From Dehalococcoidia bacterium (GTDB taxonomy: Bacteria > Chloroflexota > Dehalococcoidia > GIF9 > AB-539-J10), in contig JBLRXG010000001.1 in the NCBI GenBank assembly GCA_047920855.1, positions 1-46,054 of the forward strand: DNA of 46,054 bases, given 5' to 3'. Of this stretch, positions 17,495 to 27,433 are shown piece by piece (positions within the stretch are counted from its first letter, which is position 1; each line of letters starts with the position of its first letter). Made by a program: the position numbers and the translations under genes. The notes under the pieces are model-generated. The model did no database searches. It was not told where the DNA came from and saw nothing but the letters and a program-made list of their open reading frames with translations.

Positions 17495-18253
17495 ATGCAG
17501 TATTCTTCGATAGAGCAGAGCCGTCAATTCCTGAAGGACAGTGTAAGAAAGACGATCGATTTCTCAAGGACCGACCAGAGCATGGGAGTCACTCCGCCTC
17601 CCATCCAGAAGCCCTATTCGCCCGGCGCCGAGACGCTCGCCCTGGTTCCGCCGGAGGAGTTCCGGACGCTGCCCAGTACAGGCCTGCTGTCCGCCATAGC
17701 GAAGCGCCGCAGCCACCGTGAGTTCTCCGACAGCCCTCTGACACTCAAGGAGTTGTCGTTCCTCCTGTGGGCGACCCAGGGCCTGCGAGAGCCGGCCAGC
17801 AACGGCCATGCCCGCAGGACCGTTCCCTCTGCCGGAGCCCGCCATGCGCTCGAGACCTATCTCTGCGTCCTCAATGTGCAAGACCTTGATGTCGGGTTCT
17901 ACAGATATCTGCCTATCGAACACCGACTGTTGGTCGAGTACAGGGACGAGAGAGCAGGAGAGAAGATAAGCCGTGCGTCCTTCGGACAGGCTTGGATGGC
18001 AGACTCCGCGGTGGTCTTCATCTGGTCGGCGGTCCCGTACCGCATGGAGTGGCGCTACGGTCTGGCCGCTCATAAGGTCATCCTCCTCGATGCCGGACAC
18101 GTCTGTCAGAATTTGTACCTGGCCTGTGAAGCGGTCAACGCAGGTGCCTGCGCCGTCGCTGCCTATGACCAGGAACTGATCGATCAACTGCTGAGAGTTG
18201 ATAGTGAGTATGAGTTCGCGATCTACCTGGCGGCAGCAGGTAAGCTGAGTTAG
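17495..18253 (+). CDS. SagB/ThcOx-type dehydrogenase (nitroreductase superfamily)
   Basis: RRSHREF..LTLKELSFLLWATQG..RTVPSAGARHALETY. AGGAGAGGTG lies upstream of the ATG. Confidence 0.8.
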   Translation: MQYSSIEQSRQFLKDSVRKTIDFSRTDQSMGVTPPPIQKPYSPGAETLALVPPEEFRTLPSTGLLSAIAKRRSHREFSDSPLTLKELSFLLWATQGLREPASNGHARRTVPSAGARHALETYLCVLNVQDLDVGFYRYLPIEHRLLVEYRDERAGEKISRASFGQAWMADSAVVFIWSAVPYRMEWRYGLAAHKVILLDAGHVCQNLYLACEAVNAGACAVAAYDQELIDQLLRVDSEYEFAIYLAAAGKLS

Positions 18254-18284
18254 CCTGGCAGCCCGACGCAGAGGTCGCTGCTCA

Positions 18285-19742
18285 TCAGTCGAGCGTGGGA
18301 CGCTCTCCGGACACCAGTTCGGCGGCCGGGTCAGCCACCGGAGGCTGACTCCAGATGCCGCTTCGTTTCTGCAACCGGTACTCGCGGTAGAGCCATAGCC
18401 CTGCGACAAGCGCACCACCGGCATCCGATATCGGAAGGGACACCCAGACCCCCGTCAGCCCCATGAAGCGCGGCAAGATGAGCAACATGGGAAGCAGAAA
18501 ACCCAACTGGCGTACCAGCGAGAGAGCGATGGCCGTCCACCCCCTGGACAGGCCCTGAAAGGTGATGATGAACATGAAAGCCGGACCGATAAGAAAGAGC
18601 GCCGAGATGAAGATGCGCATCCCCGGAACAGCAATGGCCAGCAGCTCGGGGCTGTCGTTGAATATCGCTATCACGTTCGGCGCGAAGATGGCCAGCAAGA
18701 TGCTTGCCGCACCGAGTACCCCGGCTACCATCAGCGAGCCCTGCCGGACGGCCGCCCAAAGACGCTCCCAGAGGCGTGCTCCGAAACAGAAACCCACTAT
18801 AGGCAGAAGGGCATGAGCAACCCCGACCACCGGTATGAAGGCAAGGTCGGCAATGCGCCCGGCTATTCCCAGTGCCGCCAGCGCAAGCGAACCGAAACCG
18901 GCGACAATACGGTTGAACACGACGAAGACGAACGCCTCACTAAGGTCCATCAGGATCGTGGGCAGACCAACACGGTAGATCTGGGTTATGATCGACAGGT
19001 CGGGCTTGAGGTGGTGCAGCTTCAGCTTGTAGACGGAGCCTCTGCGCAGCAGAAAGTAGCAACTCAGTCCACTGGCCACTGCCCCCGATATCGTCGTCGC
19101 CAGTCCCGCCCCGGCGATACCCATCTGCGGGAAGGGCCCCCAACCGAAGATCAGAAACGGGTCGAGGGCAGCGTTGACCACGGAGCCGACGACGGTGAAA
19201 ATCATAGGCTTCATGGCATCGCCGGCGGCCTGGAAGACGTTGCGCGTCATCACACGAAAGAGGAGGAAGGGCACGCCCAAACCGGTGAAGACCAGGTAAT
19301 CCACGGTCAGATCCATGATTCCGGACGGCGCTCCGAGCAGGCCCGCCAGTTGCCTGGCCAGGAGGACGCTGATAGCCATGAAGACGAGCCCGAACACCAG
19401 TGAGAGCGGGAAGACCTGGCCTGCAACCTGGTTGGTGGCCTCGACATTCCCTTCCCCGAAGCGGCGCGACGCGAGGGCGTTGGCACCGACGCCGGAGCCA
19501 TAGCCTATGGCGAACACCACTATCTGAAAGGGAAAGGTGATGGTTACCGCGGCGATCGCCTCATAGCTGAGCCGTCCCAGCCAGAAGGTATCGGCCAGGA
19601 GGTAGAGCGACATGGCGATCATCGAGACCATGCTGGGCGCACCAAGCCGCAGGAGCAGCTTGCTAAGCCGCTCCGTGCCCAGACGCGCAGTTGTCTCGTT
19701 AAGTCCGCCCTTCTTCTCTGTATCCATCTGCATCATAGTCAA
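18285..19742 (-). CDS. MATE family efflux transporter
   Basis: 485 aa, 12 TM segments, MATE-type N-terminus (LSKLLLRLGAPSMVSMIAMSLYLLADTFWLGR). Confidence 0.9.
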   Translation of the reverse strand: MTMMQMDTEKKGGLNETTARLGTERLSKLLLRLGAPSMVSMIAMSLYLLADTFWLGRLSYEAIAAVTITFPFQIVVFAIGYGSGVGANALASRRFGEGNVEATNQVAGQVFPLSLVFGLVFMAISVLLARQLAGLLGAPSGIMDLTVDYLVFTGLGVPFLLFRVMTRNVFQAAGDAMKPMIFTVVGSVVNAALDPFLIFGWGPFPQMGIAGAGLATTISGAVASGLSCYFLLRRGSVYKLKLHHLKPDLSIITQIYRVGLPTILMDLSEAFVFVVFNRIVAGFGSLALAALGIAGRIADLAFIPVVGVAHALLPIVGFCFGARLWERLWAAVRQGSLMVAGVLGAASILLAIFAPNVIAIFNDSPELLAIAVPGMRIFISALFLIGPAFMFIITFQGLSRGWTAIALSLVRQLGFLLPMLLILPRFMGLTGVWVSLPISDAGGALVAGLWLYREYRLQKRSGIWSQPPVADPAAELVSGERPTLD

Positions 19743-19905
19743 CCGTCGTCACACAGGCCGTGACCGTGTGTCACGGTGAAGTGGTAGATGGATGACCGGT
19801 GAGGACAGGGGACGCTCTGAAGCGTCCTGCTGTTTCCCTGGTATTTTACCTTCGGCCGTGCATTGAGTGCAAGTTGGGCATTGAGCAGGGAGAAAGCATA
19901 GAGCT

Positions 19906-20901
19906 CTAGCGGCGGGTGCGGAGCATTCCCTGGCCACGGAACCACTCCACGTGATCGCGTATCGATTCCTGCCACGGCCTGGTGGTGAAGCCCAGTTCCT
20001 CGCGTGCCCTGGCGGAACTTATCATCGAGTTGCTCTTGAGGACATCGATCGAGTAGGCGGTGAACACCGGCCGCCTACGGAGTAACCTGTAGTAGCCGCT
20101 GGCCAGCACCCCGGCCGCCCTGGCTATCGCAGCCGGTATCTCATAGGTAGGGGCCCGCTTGCCTATGTTGCGCTGCAGTTCCTGCATCAACTCCGGCACC
20201 TGCACCTGCGCGCCCGAGAGGATATAGTGTCTCCCAGGCTGCCCCTTCTTAGCAGCCAGAATGAGTCCCCGGGCAGCATCGCGCACGTCAACGAAATCAT
20301 AGGCTCCTCTCACGTATGACTTCAGGTGACCGCTGGCAAAATCCAGGATGAGCTGGCCGACGTTGGAAACCTTGTAGTCCCAGGGACCGATGATGCCCGA
20401 AGGGCAGCAGATAACGGCATCGAGACCGCCTTTTCTCACCTCGTCCAGTATGAGCAGAGTGGCAAGAGCTTTGCTGCGGGCGTAGTCACCGAGAACGCGG
20501 TCGGGATCAAACGGCAGAGACTCGTCGATGAACGTACCTTCCGGCGGCTCGACTATGGCGTGGACCGAACTCGTATAGACGAGGCGGCGGACGCCGGCAG
20601 CGCGACAGGCTTCGATCACCTTGCGCGTGCCGTTGACATTCACTTCTTCGAGCAGCACCCTCATAGACGGCATGATGCTGACAATGCCAGCAAGGTGGAA
20701 GACCAGGTCGGCGCCGGCAAATGCCGCCTTGAGGCTCGGCGGATGAGTCACGTCGCCATAGACGATCTCCGCCTCCAGACCCTCTAGCGGACGGAGGTCG
20801 TCGGCGGGCATAATCAGGGCCCGCACAGCCTGTCCCTGTGCCAGCAGTTCACGCACGAGGACGTTACCGATGTGACCCGTAGCCCCGGTGACGACTATCA
20901 T
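19906..20901 (-). CDS. NAD-dependent epimerase/dehydratase (SDR; dihydroflavonol-reductase/HpnA-like)
   Basis: VTGATGHIGN Rossmann motif and YxxxK (YARSK). Start ambiguous (20901, 20925 or 20952). Confidence 0.85.
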   Translation of the reverse strand: MIVVTGATGHIGNVLVRELLAQGQAVRALIMPADDLRPLEGLEAEIVYGDVTHPPSLKAAFAGADLVFHLAGIVSIMPSMRVLLEEVNVNGTRKVIEACRAAGVRRLVYTSSVHAIVEPPEGTFIDESLPFDPDRVLGDYARSKALATLLILDEVRKGGLDAVICCPSGIIGPWDYKVSNVGQLILDFASGHLKSYVRGAYDFVDVRDAARGLILAAKKGQPGRHYILSGAQVQVPELMQELQRNIGKRAPTYEIPAAIARAAGVLASGYYRLLRRRPVFTAYSIDVLKSNSMISSARAREELGFTTRPWQESIRDHVEWFRGQGMLRTRR

Positions 20902-21091
20902 CTTCGGAGGTTCTCCGGTTATCATTCTAGATGTTTGGCGGGCGGTTTTCAATGTTGTAGGCGGCGGGTTCTGAGAGGGTCGCCGACAGCACAGACGCCG
21001 ATGGGCATTGCGGCGGTGTTACTGCAGATGACTGCCTGAGACCGATGGAAGGTTCGGGCGATAGCATGGCGATCATGCCGCGCAAGAGGAA

Positions 21092-21129
21092 AGGGCTGAA
21101 CATTCCCGATACGAGAAGCGTTCAGCCCT
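21092..21129 (-). terminator. candidate intrinsic terminator downstream of the DUF5679 gene
   Basis: A 10-bp stem pairs AGGGCTGAAC with GTTCAGCCCT around a long 18-nt loop. The minus strand continues TTCCTCTTG. Confidence 0.4.
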
Positions 21130-21161
21130 CTTGATTTCCGGGCGGCTACATAGCAGCAGCC

Positions 21162-21299
21162 CTACTTACCGATTCTGAAGACTTTCGTGCCGCAGGTCGG
21201 GCACAGGCCCTGGGTCGCCGGTCTTCCGTTCTTCATCGTGATTCTTCTGGGATCGCGGATTTCTTTCTTGGCGCGGCACTTCATGCAGTATGCTTGCAT
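21162..21299 (-). CDS. DUF5679 zinc-ribbon small protein
   Basis: MQAYCMKCRAKKEI..GLCPTCGTKVFRIGK (CxxC..CxxC). AGGAGG lies upstream of the internal ATG at 21299. Confidence 0.7.
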   Translation of the reverse strand: MQAYCMKCRAKKEIRDPRRITMKNGRPATQGLCPTCGTKVFRIGK

Positions 21300-21470
21300 A
21301 TTACCCTCCTTTCTCGCGAGAAGATAATAGGCTATTACCTCACAGAATGTCAATAGCCCGGATGCATTTGACCGCAATGCTGAGAAGACATATCATTCAG
21401 AAACATGTCTGACAACCCGCGATTCACGAACGACGGACGGCCGATAGTCATGCTGTCCGTGGAATAAAGG

Positions 21471-22151
21471 ATGATGTCCAGGATTAGGAATCTGAGTATT
21501 GCCAGCACCCCGGCTCTGGCCGGCATCGTCGGGCCTCTCATCCTGGTCACCGGCGACATCGCCGCGACCCTTTCCATCCCCGATTACAGCATGGTGCGCG
21601 ATACCATCAGCAGCCTGGCCCTGACACACCTGGGCTGGCTTCAGACACTCGGTTTTCTAGTCATGGGTTTGATGGTGCAGGTCTTCATAGCCGGACTGTA
21701 TCTGAGCATCCGCAAAGCTCGGGGGTTCGGTCCCAGCATCGGTCTCCTCATGTGTCTCGGCTTCGGCCTGCTGATGATCGGTGCCTTTCGCATGGATCCC
21801 CCGGGAGTGCCGCCCACGACAGAAGGCACGATCCACACGATCACAGCCTATTCGCTCTCACTGGTATTCCCCATCGCCCTTCTGTCGCTGGCGCCCAGCC
21901 TGAGAAGCGACCCTAACTGGCGCGCTACCTTTGTCTATACGCTGATCGCAGCCGTCCTTGCGCTGGGCCTGACGGCGGGCCTGGTGCTGTTGTCGGCCCG
22001 CATGGCCTGGTTCGGCCTCTACGAGCGCATCATCGTGGCGAACCTGATAATCTGGGTCGAGGTGATGGCCGTTCACCTTCTGCGCCTGTCGCTGAGACGT
22101 AAGCCTCTACCCGAGGCCTCACGGGGAGGAAGAACGAACTCGGGAATGTGA
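21471..22151 (+). CDS. DUF998 family membrane protein
   Basis: Six hydrophobic segments and an N-terminal AGIVGPLILVTGDIAA..YSMVRDTISSLA pattern. Confidence 0.7.
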   Translation: MMSRIRNLSIASTPALAGIVGPLILVTGDIAATLSIPDYSMVRDTISSLALTHLGWLQTLGFLVMGLMVQVFIAGLYLSIRKARGFGPSIGLLMCLGFGLLMIGAFRMDPPGVPPTTEGTIHTITAYSLSLVFPIALLSLAPSLRSDPNWRATFVYTLIAAVLALGLTAGLVLLSARMAWFGLYERIIVANLIIWVEVMAVHLLRLSLRRKPLPEASRGGRTNSGM

Positions 22152-22380
22152 CGTCTGCCGGACAACGGTCCTACCCGGATGTCACAGCGGAGACGCACGG
22201 CCAGTGACACAGACACGATTCGAAATAGGTACTGGCCGAACAATTCGGTAGATGCTATCATATGCGGCGATGCAGACGGCAGATAAAGGAGCCGCTCAGT
22301 CTTAATGAGCCTTCACACCGCTGGCGAATCTCTTCTGCAGTGGTTACGGCAGGCAAGGAAGCAGTCCGTAAGGAGTCACG

Positions 22381-23238
22381 ATGAAGAAAGCGACTCATAG
22401 CTCACCAAGCGACCCGCCACATTCACCGCCAGCCCCGTCGCGCACGCGGGCCGACGACAAACACAGGGCAATAATACAAGCGGCCATTGACGGCTTCTGG
22501 ATCAACGACATGGACGGCAGGCTGCTGGAGGTCAACGACTCATACTGCACGATGATTGGCTATACTCGCGAGGAACTGCTCACGATGTCGATCTCAGATG
22601 TCGAGGCAACTGAAACGCCCGAGGAGACAGCCCGACACATAGAAAAGGTGATGGAGCGAGGCTGTGACCGGTTCGAAGCGCGGCATCGACGCAAGGACGG
22701 CACGACAATCGATGTTGAGATCAGCGCAAACTACATCCAGGCGGAGGGCGGGCAGTTGTTTGTGTTCATCCGGGACTTCACCGAGCGCAAGTTGATAGAA
22801 GAGGCTCTTGAGTACAGCGAGCGGAACTACAGGACGCTTGTCGAGAGCATTCCACAGAAGGTCTTTCTGAAGGACAGGGACTCGGTCTACATATCCTGCA
22901 ACCGTAAGTACGCCGAAGACCTTAACATCGAGCCCAATGACATCCCGGGACACACCGACTACGAGTTCTACCCCGGGGACCTGGCTGACAAGTATAGAGC
23001 CGACGACAGACGGGTTATCGGCTCCGGGGAGACGGCGAGATTTGAAGAGAGATACATAAGACAGGGACAGGAGAGCGTGATCGAGACGTTCAAGACCCCG
23101 GTGAGGGACGACTATGGCAACACCGTGGGTGTCCTGGGCATCTTCCACGACATCACAGAGCGCAGCAGGCTGAGGCAGCCAGGGAGGAAGCCGAGCGTAA
23201 CTACCGCCTTATCGCTGAGAACACCACCGATGTCGTAG
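22381..23238 (+). CDS. PAS-domain sensor fragment (N-terminal part of a frameshifted histidine kinase)
   Basis: Two PAS units ending ..FHDITER. The frame then runs into non-homologous residues and a stop. The continuation is in the frame of the next ORF. Confidence 0.7.
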   Translation: MKKATHSSPSDPPHSPPAPSRTRADDKHRAIIQAAIDGFWINDMDGRLLEVNDSYCTMIGYTREELLTMSISDVEATETPEETARHIEKVMERGCDRFEARHRRKDGTTIDVEISANYIQAEGGQLFVFIRDFTERKLIEEALEYSERNYRTLVESIPQKVFLKDRDSVYISCNRKYAEDLNIEPNDIPGHTDYEFYPGDLADKYRADDRRVIGSGETARFEERYIRQGQESVIETFKTPVRDDYGNTVGVLGIFHDITERSRLRQPGRKPSVTTALSLRTPPMS

Positions 23239-23255
23239 CCATCTATGATCTCGAT

Positions 23256-25442
23256 ATGAATCTGTTGTGGGTATCGCCTTCGATCAAGAAGCAGACGGGT
23301 TACACCCCGGAGGAATTGAAGAGGATATTTCCACTGGAGACCATGACACCCGAATCGATAGAAAAGGTGATGGAGGCCTTCGACCGCGGGAAACAGCTGT
23401 ATGAGCAAGGCAAGGAGTTCATCGATCACTTCGACCTGGAAGCCGAGGTCTATCGCAAGGACGGCTCGACCTTCTGGGCCGACGTCAGATATCGTCTAAT
23501 CCGCGACAGCCAGGGCCAACCCTCTCACGTGCTGATGCAGGGTAGAGACATCACCGAGCACAGGAAGGCAGATGAAGTTCTCCGGGAGAGCGAAGAACGA
23601 TTCAGAGACCTAGCAGAGCTCTTGCCGCAGACCGTGTTCGAAGCGGACGACGAAGGCCGTTTTACATTCATCAACAGGCAAGGACAGCGGAATCTCGGCT
23701 ACAGCGACGAGGATGTGGCAAGGGGCATCAACGTGCTGCAGACTGTAAGCCCGGAAGACCACGCCCGTGCAGCGGAGCTCATCGGCCGCCTCAGGGCAGG
23801 AGAGAAACTGGGTCCCAGTGAACACATTTCGATAAGGAAGGACGGCAGTAGATTCCCGGTCGTTGTCTATGGCACTGCAATACTCGAGGATGGCAGATAT
23901 GCAGGCATGAGAGGCATCGTCGTCGACATTACAGATAGAAAGCAGACCGAGGAGGCACTCCGCCTTAGTGAAGAGCGCTACCGACTGATCGCCGAGAACA
24001 CCTCAGACTGCATCTGGATGATGGGCCCCGACCTGAGAATCACATACCAGTCGCCATCGACCGAACGCGTCTTCGGCTACACCGCCGGGGAGTGGGAGGC
24101 CGTTGGCTTCAGAGGGTGGGTGCATCCTGACTACATAGGCACAGTCGTGAGTACCCTGAAGAGCTTCCGGGCAGGAGACATAAGGGACAACGTCACGATC
24201 ACCATACAGGCTCGGCACAAGGCGGGGCACTTCGTATGGGTGGAGATATCAGCATCGGCGATCCGGGACCCGGAGGGCAGGCTGGAAGGCATCGTAGGAG
24301 TGAGCCGCGACGTCACCGAGCGCAAAGAGGCCGAGGACAGATTGCTTGAGTACAGAACCGCCGTGGAGCAGTCCGCCGACGGCATCGCCATCGCCAACCT
24401 GGATGGGAACATCAGTTTCGTGAATGAGGCCTGGGCCACGATGCACGGCTACGCGGTAGAGGAACTGATCGGGAGACACCTGAGCATCTTCCACACCCGG
24501 GAGCAGATGGAGTCGCAGGTTATCCCGTTCAACCGCAGCCTCCAGGAAAAAGGTTCAAAGGAAGGCGAAGTCTGGCACGTCCGCAGAAACGGAGAGCAGT
24601 TTCCCTCGTGGATGACGACAACCATCCTGAAGAGGGCCGATGGGGAGCCATTCGGGATGTTCGCTCTCATGCGCGACATCACCGGGCAGAAAGAGATGGA
24701 GAGACAGCAGCGCGAGCGTGAAATAGCCGAAGCACGTGCGGAGGAGTTGAGCAGGTCGCGCCGCAGGCTCATAGAGGCCCAGGAGTCGCTGCGCAAGGAC
24801 ATCGCGAGCCAGCTTCACGGCACCGTCCAGAACCGCCTGATACTGCTGGGACACAGGCTCGCAGAGCTTGAGTCCAGGCCTGCATCGGAGCGGACGACCG
24901 AGGAACTGGCCAGCATCCGTCACACCCTTGAGGAACTGCAGAGAGACCAGATTAGACCGATCAGTCATCGTCTCTATCCCTCCATCCTCCGACTGGGAAT
25001 AGCTGCCGGCCTGGAGTCGCTGGTGGACCTGTATAGCTCCGAGCTACCCATCGATCTCCGGGTTAGCAGGAACCTGAGAGAAGGGGAACAGGCCAACAGG
25101 AAGCTGGTTCCCGACAACGTGAAGCTGGCACTCTACCGCGTCGCTGAGGAAGTCCTAGCCAATATCGTGAAACATGCACCGATGGTGAACAGCGTAGCGG
25201 TGAAGCTGGCGCTCTCCGATGCCGGCATACTGCGTCTCACCGTGAGCGATGACGGGCCTGGTTTCGATACGGCCGCACCGAGAAAGGGCATCGGCCTGGC
25301 CATCATATCGGACTACGCCGCAGCAGCGGGAGCCAGTTGCGAGGTGAAGAGCGTTCCCGGCAGAGGCACGCGGGTTACGGCACGGGTGCAGCTTGAAGGG
25401 ATTGGAGCAAGGCCGAGACGGAAAGGCCGGACTTCGGGATAA
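23256..25442 (+). CDS. multi-PAS sensor histidine kinase, HisKA_3 type (C-terminal part; frame is open upstream to 23046)
   Basis: Repeated PAS units separated by DITE(R/H)K..E..LR.SEERYR linkers. HisKA_3 H-box (ISHRLYP) and HATPase_c (DDGPGF..GIGL..GRGT). Confidence 0.85.
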   Translation: MNLLWVSPSIKKQTGYTPEELKRIFPLETMTPESIEKVMEAFDRGKQLYEQGKEFIDHFDLEAEVYRKDGSTFWADVRYRLIRDSQGQPSHVLMQGRDITEHRKADEVLRESEERFRDLAELLPQTVFEADDEGRFTFINRQGQRNLGYSDEDVARGINVLQTVSPEDHARAAELIGRLRAGEKLGPSEHISIRKDGSRFPVVVYGTAILEDGRYAGMRGIVVDITDRKQTEEALRLSEERYRLIAENTSDCIWMMGPDLRITYQSPSTERVFGYTAGEWEAVGFRGWVHPDYIGTVVSTLKSFRAGDIRDNVTITIQARHKAGHFVWVEISASAIRDPEGRLEGIVGVSRDVTERKEAEDRLLEYRTAVEQSADGIAIANLDGNISFVNEAWATMHGYAVEELIGRHLSIFHTREQMESQVIPFNRSLQEKGSKEGEVWHVRRNGEQFPSWMTTTILKRADGEPFGMFALMRDITGQKEMERQQREREIAEARAEELSRSRRRLIEAQESLRKDIASQLHGTVQNRLILLGHRLAELESRPASERTTEELASIRHTLEELQRDQIRPISHRLYPSILRLGIAAGLESLVDLYSSELPIDLRVSRNLREGEQANRKLVPDNVKLALYRVAEEVLANIVKHAPMVNSVAVKLALSDAGILRLTVSDDGPGFDTAAPRKGIGLAIISDYAAAAGASCEVKSVPGRGTRVTARVQLEGIGARPRRKGRTSG

Positions 25443-25782
25443 AGGCCACAGCGCCCTCTGCCGCAGCCAGCATAGAGTATATCCGGTCTTCGTGCGAGCT
25501 CACCACGATGGTCCTGACATCAGGGCAATTCGCACTGATGTAGCCGGCCAACTCAATTCCATCCCGGTCGGGCATGTCAACATCAAGAAGAACCACGTCG
25601 GGAGTCAGCGTGTCGAGGAGACCCAGGCACTCAGCGCCGTTGCCCGCCTCTGCCGTCACCTCGAAATGGGCACTGTCTTCCAGCAGAGAACGCAGCCAGT
25701 CCCTGAACAGCGGGTCGTCGTCGACCAGGAGTGTGCGGTACGTACGACCCGAACGGCCGGTCTGCCGACCTTGCATGCTCAC
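25375..25782 (-). CDS. stand-alone response-regulator receiver domain protein
   Basis: LLVDDD..DVVLLDVDMPDRDG..SSH..FIPKS. No output domain. Confidence 0.8.
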   Translation of the reverse strand: MSMQGRQTGRSGRTYRTLLVDDDPLFRDWLRSLLEDSAHFEVTAEAGNGAECLGLLDTLTPDVVLLDVDMPDRDGIELAGYISANCPDVRTIVVSSHEDRIYSMLAAAEGAVAFIPKSGLSVSALLQSLQAAPVP

Positions 25783-25862
25783 AGAGTATCAGTATACTGG
25801 CATACTGCAACAGCGTGTCACCACGGTGTTACCTAAGGTATTAGCCAAGTGAAGACCTGCTG

Positions 25863-26525
25863 CTATCTCGCCCGCGAGGACTTGAGAAAGGCCAGGGTGG
25901 CCTTAACCCGCATGTTGATCTCGGGTTCTCCGGACAGTCCCAGGTGCTGGTAGATGACGTTGATATAGCTTTCAACCGACCTCTCCTCGAGGCCCAATCG
26001 CCTGGCGATAGCTGCGTTGCTAAGCCCCTCTGCAAGCAGGCGCAGCACCTCCTGTTGCCTGGGAGTAAGCCTGTCGACCGGAGAGCCCTCCCGCGGGCTC
26101 AGCCTGTCCATCAGCGATGGATCCATGACCACCATGCCCCGTGCACAGCCTTCGATGGCCAGGACGACTGTCGACAGGTCACGAACCGAATGCTTGAGCA
26201 GGTAGGCCCATCCGCTGCTCTCTCCCAGCGGCAGGCTGGTCACATAGCGGGGATCATCATGCGCGGAAAGGATCACGATTCCGATTCCGGGATTCTCCTT
26301 CTTGATCGCCAGAGCGGCTTCAATGCCGTCCATCTCACCCACAAGCTCAATATCCATCAGCATCACGTCCGGACTGGAATTCCGGGCGAGTTCAATCGCC
26401 TGCCCGGCATCATCGGCCGTGCCTATAACCTCCAGTCCCTCCTGTCGTGACAGAGCCCCAACCAGCATCTCCCGAAAGAGGGCTTCGTCCTCGACCACTG
26501 CCACCCTTATCTTCTGCTCAGGCAT
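25863..26525 (-). CDS. NarL/LuxR-family response regulator
   Basis: Receiver domain (VAVVEDE..LMDIEL) plus LuxR HTH (LTPRQQEVLRLLAEGLSNAAIARRLGLEERSVESYI). Confidence 0.9.
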   Translation of the reverse strand: MPEQKIRVAVVEDEALFREMLVGALSRQEGLEVIGTADDAGQAIELARNSSPDVMLMDIELVGEMDGIEAALAIKKENPGIGIVILSAHDDPRYVTSLPLGESSGWAYLLKHSVRDLSTVVLAIEGCARGMVVMDPSLMDRLSPREGSPVDRLTPRQQEVLRLLAEGLSNAAIARRLGLEERSVESYINVIYQHLGLSGEPEINMRVKATLAFLKSSRAR

Positions 26526-26802
26526 TCTCCCGACCTCATTTCGCGCATCCGGCTTAAGATTACACAAGGTCACCGGTCAAAGTAACGCGTGCCTACCAGA
26601 TATTCTACACCGTGCTGACATGGCGGGCAAAAAGGGTGCCAGCACGATACCCAGTGAGTTGTTCGCATGATAGTATTAGCCGCGTTCTGGCGAGACAGTA
26701 CGTAAGTACACAGCACGGAGGTAGCCTGTGGCAACAAGACCAACGAGAAAACCAAAGGTGGCCGAGAAGAAGCCACACAGAAGCATAAAGGAGGAGAATC
26801 GT

Positions 26803-27258
26803 ATGCCCAAACAACCAGAAGGCGAAGGCCTGTATTCCAAAGCTTCGATATCGCTGTACAGAACCCGTGACCTGCTCTTCCGATGCGAAGACCGAGCAGT
26901 CGGGAAGTTCGGGCTCACTGCCGAGCAGTATTCGGTGCTGGCCGCCATGAAGCAGCTCGATGATCCGGTAAGGCCGACCGACGTAGGCCGGTTGCTGGAC
27001 CACAAGGTGAACACGGTGAGCATGATAGTCGACCGCATGGTCAATGCCGGGCTGGTGGAAAGGGTGAGAGACCTACCCGACCGCAGGGAGGTACGTCTCA
27101 TCATCACAGCCAAGGGAGAGAAGGCCTTCAAGCCGGCACATGCAGCAGCGACCAAGCTCAGCAAGGATATGCTGTCCTCGCTGTCGCAGGACGACGTCAA
27201 GACCCTGACAAAGCTCCTCGAGACCGTAAGAACAAGGGCATATCAGCAACTCAAGTAG
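26803..27258 (+). CDS. MarR family transcriptional regulator
   Basis: LTAEQYSVLAAM..PTDVGRLLDHKVNTVSMIVDRMVNAGLVERVRDLPDRREVRL. AGGAGG lies upstream of the ATG at 26803. Confidence 0.8.
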   Translation: MPKQPEGEGLYSKASISLYRTRDLLFRCEDRAVGKFGLTAEQYSVLAAMKQLDDPVRPTDVGRLLDHKVNTVSMIVDRMVNAGLVERVRDLPDRREVRLIITAKGEKAFKPAHAAATKLSKDMLSSLSQDDVKTLTKLLETVRTRAYQQLK

Positions 27259-27433
27259 GCAGACACATGGCACAATAGCCTGCCTTGAGCGCGGTGGCGA
27301 CACTCGGGGCCCCATAGGCCTCATCTTCATGGCCTTTGCCTGCGCATCTCTGAGCGCAGAAGGGGCAGGCTGCGGCTGTCGGCGTGGCGACCTCGAGTTT
27401 GAAACTGCACGACTGAAGCGTCGCTGATAGGCC

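Noticed and set aside
17564-18424. 286-aa minus-strand ORF
   Set aside because: It is antisense to the SagB-type dehydrogenase, is Arg/Gly-rich and has no motifs.
27251-27430. Cys-rich minus-strand reading (CPFCAQRC...CAMC) in the MarR-YkgJ intergenic region, resembling a zinc ribbon
   Set aside because: The intergenic part has no ATG/GTG/TTG start. The frame is only open as the antisense of ykgJ, and there is no SD.
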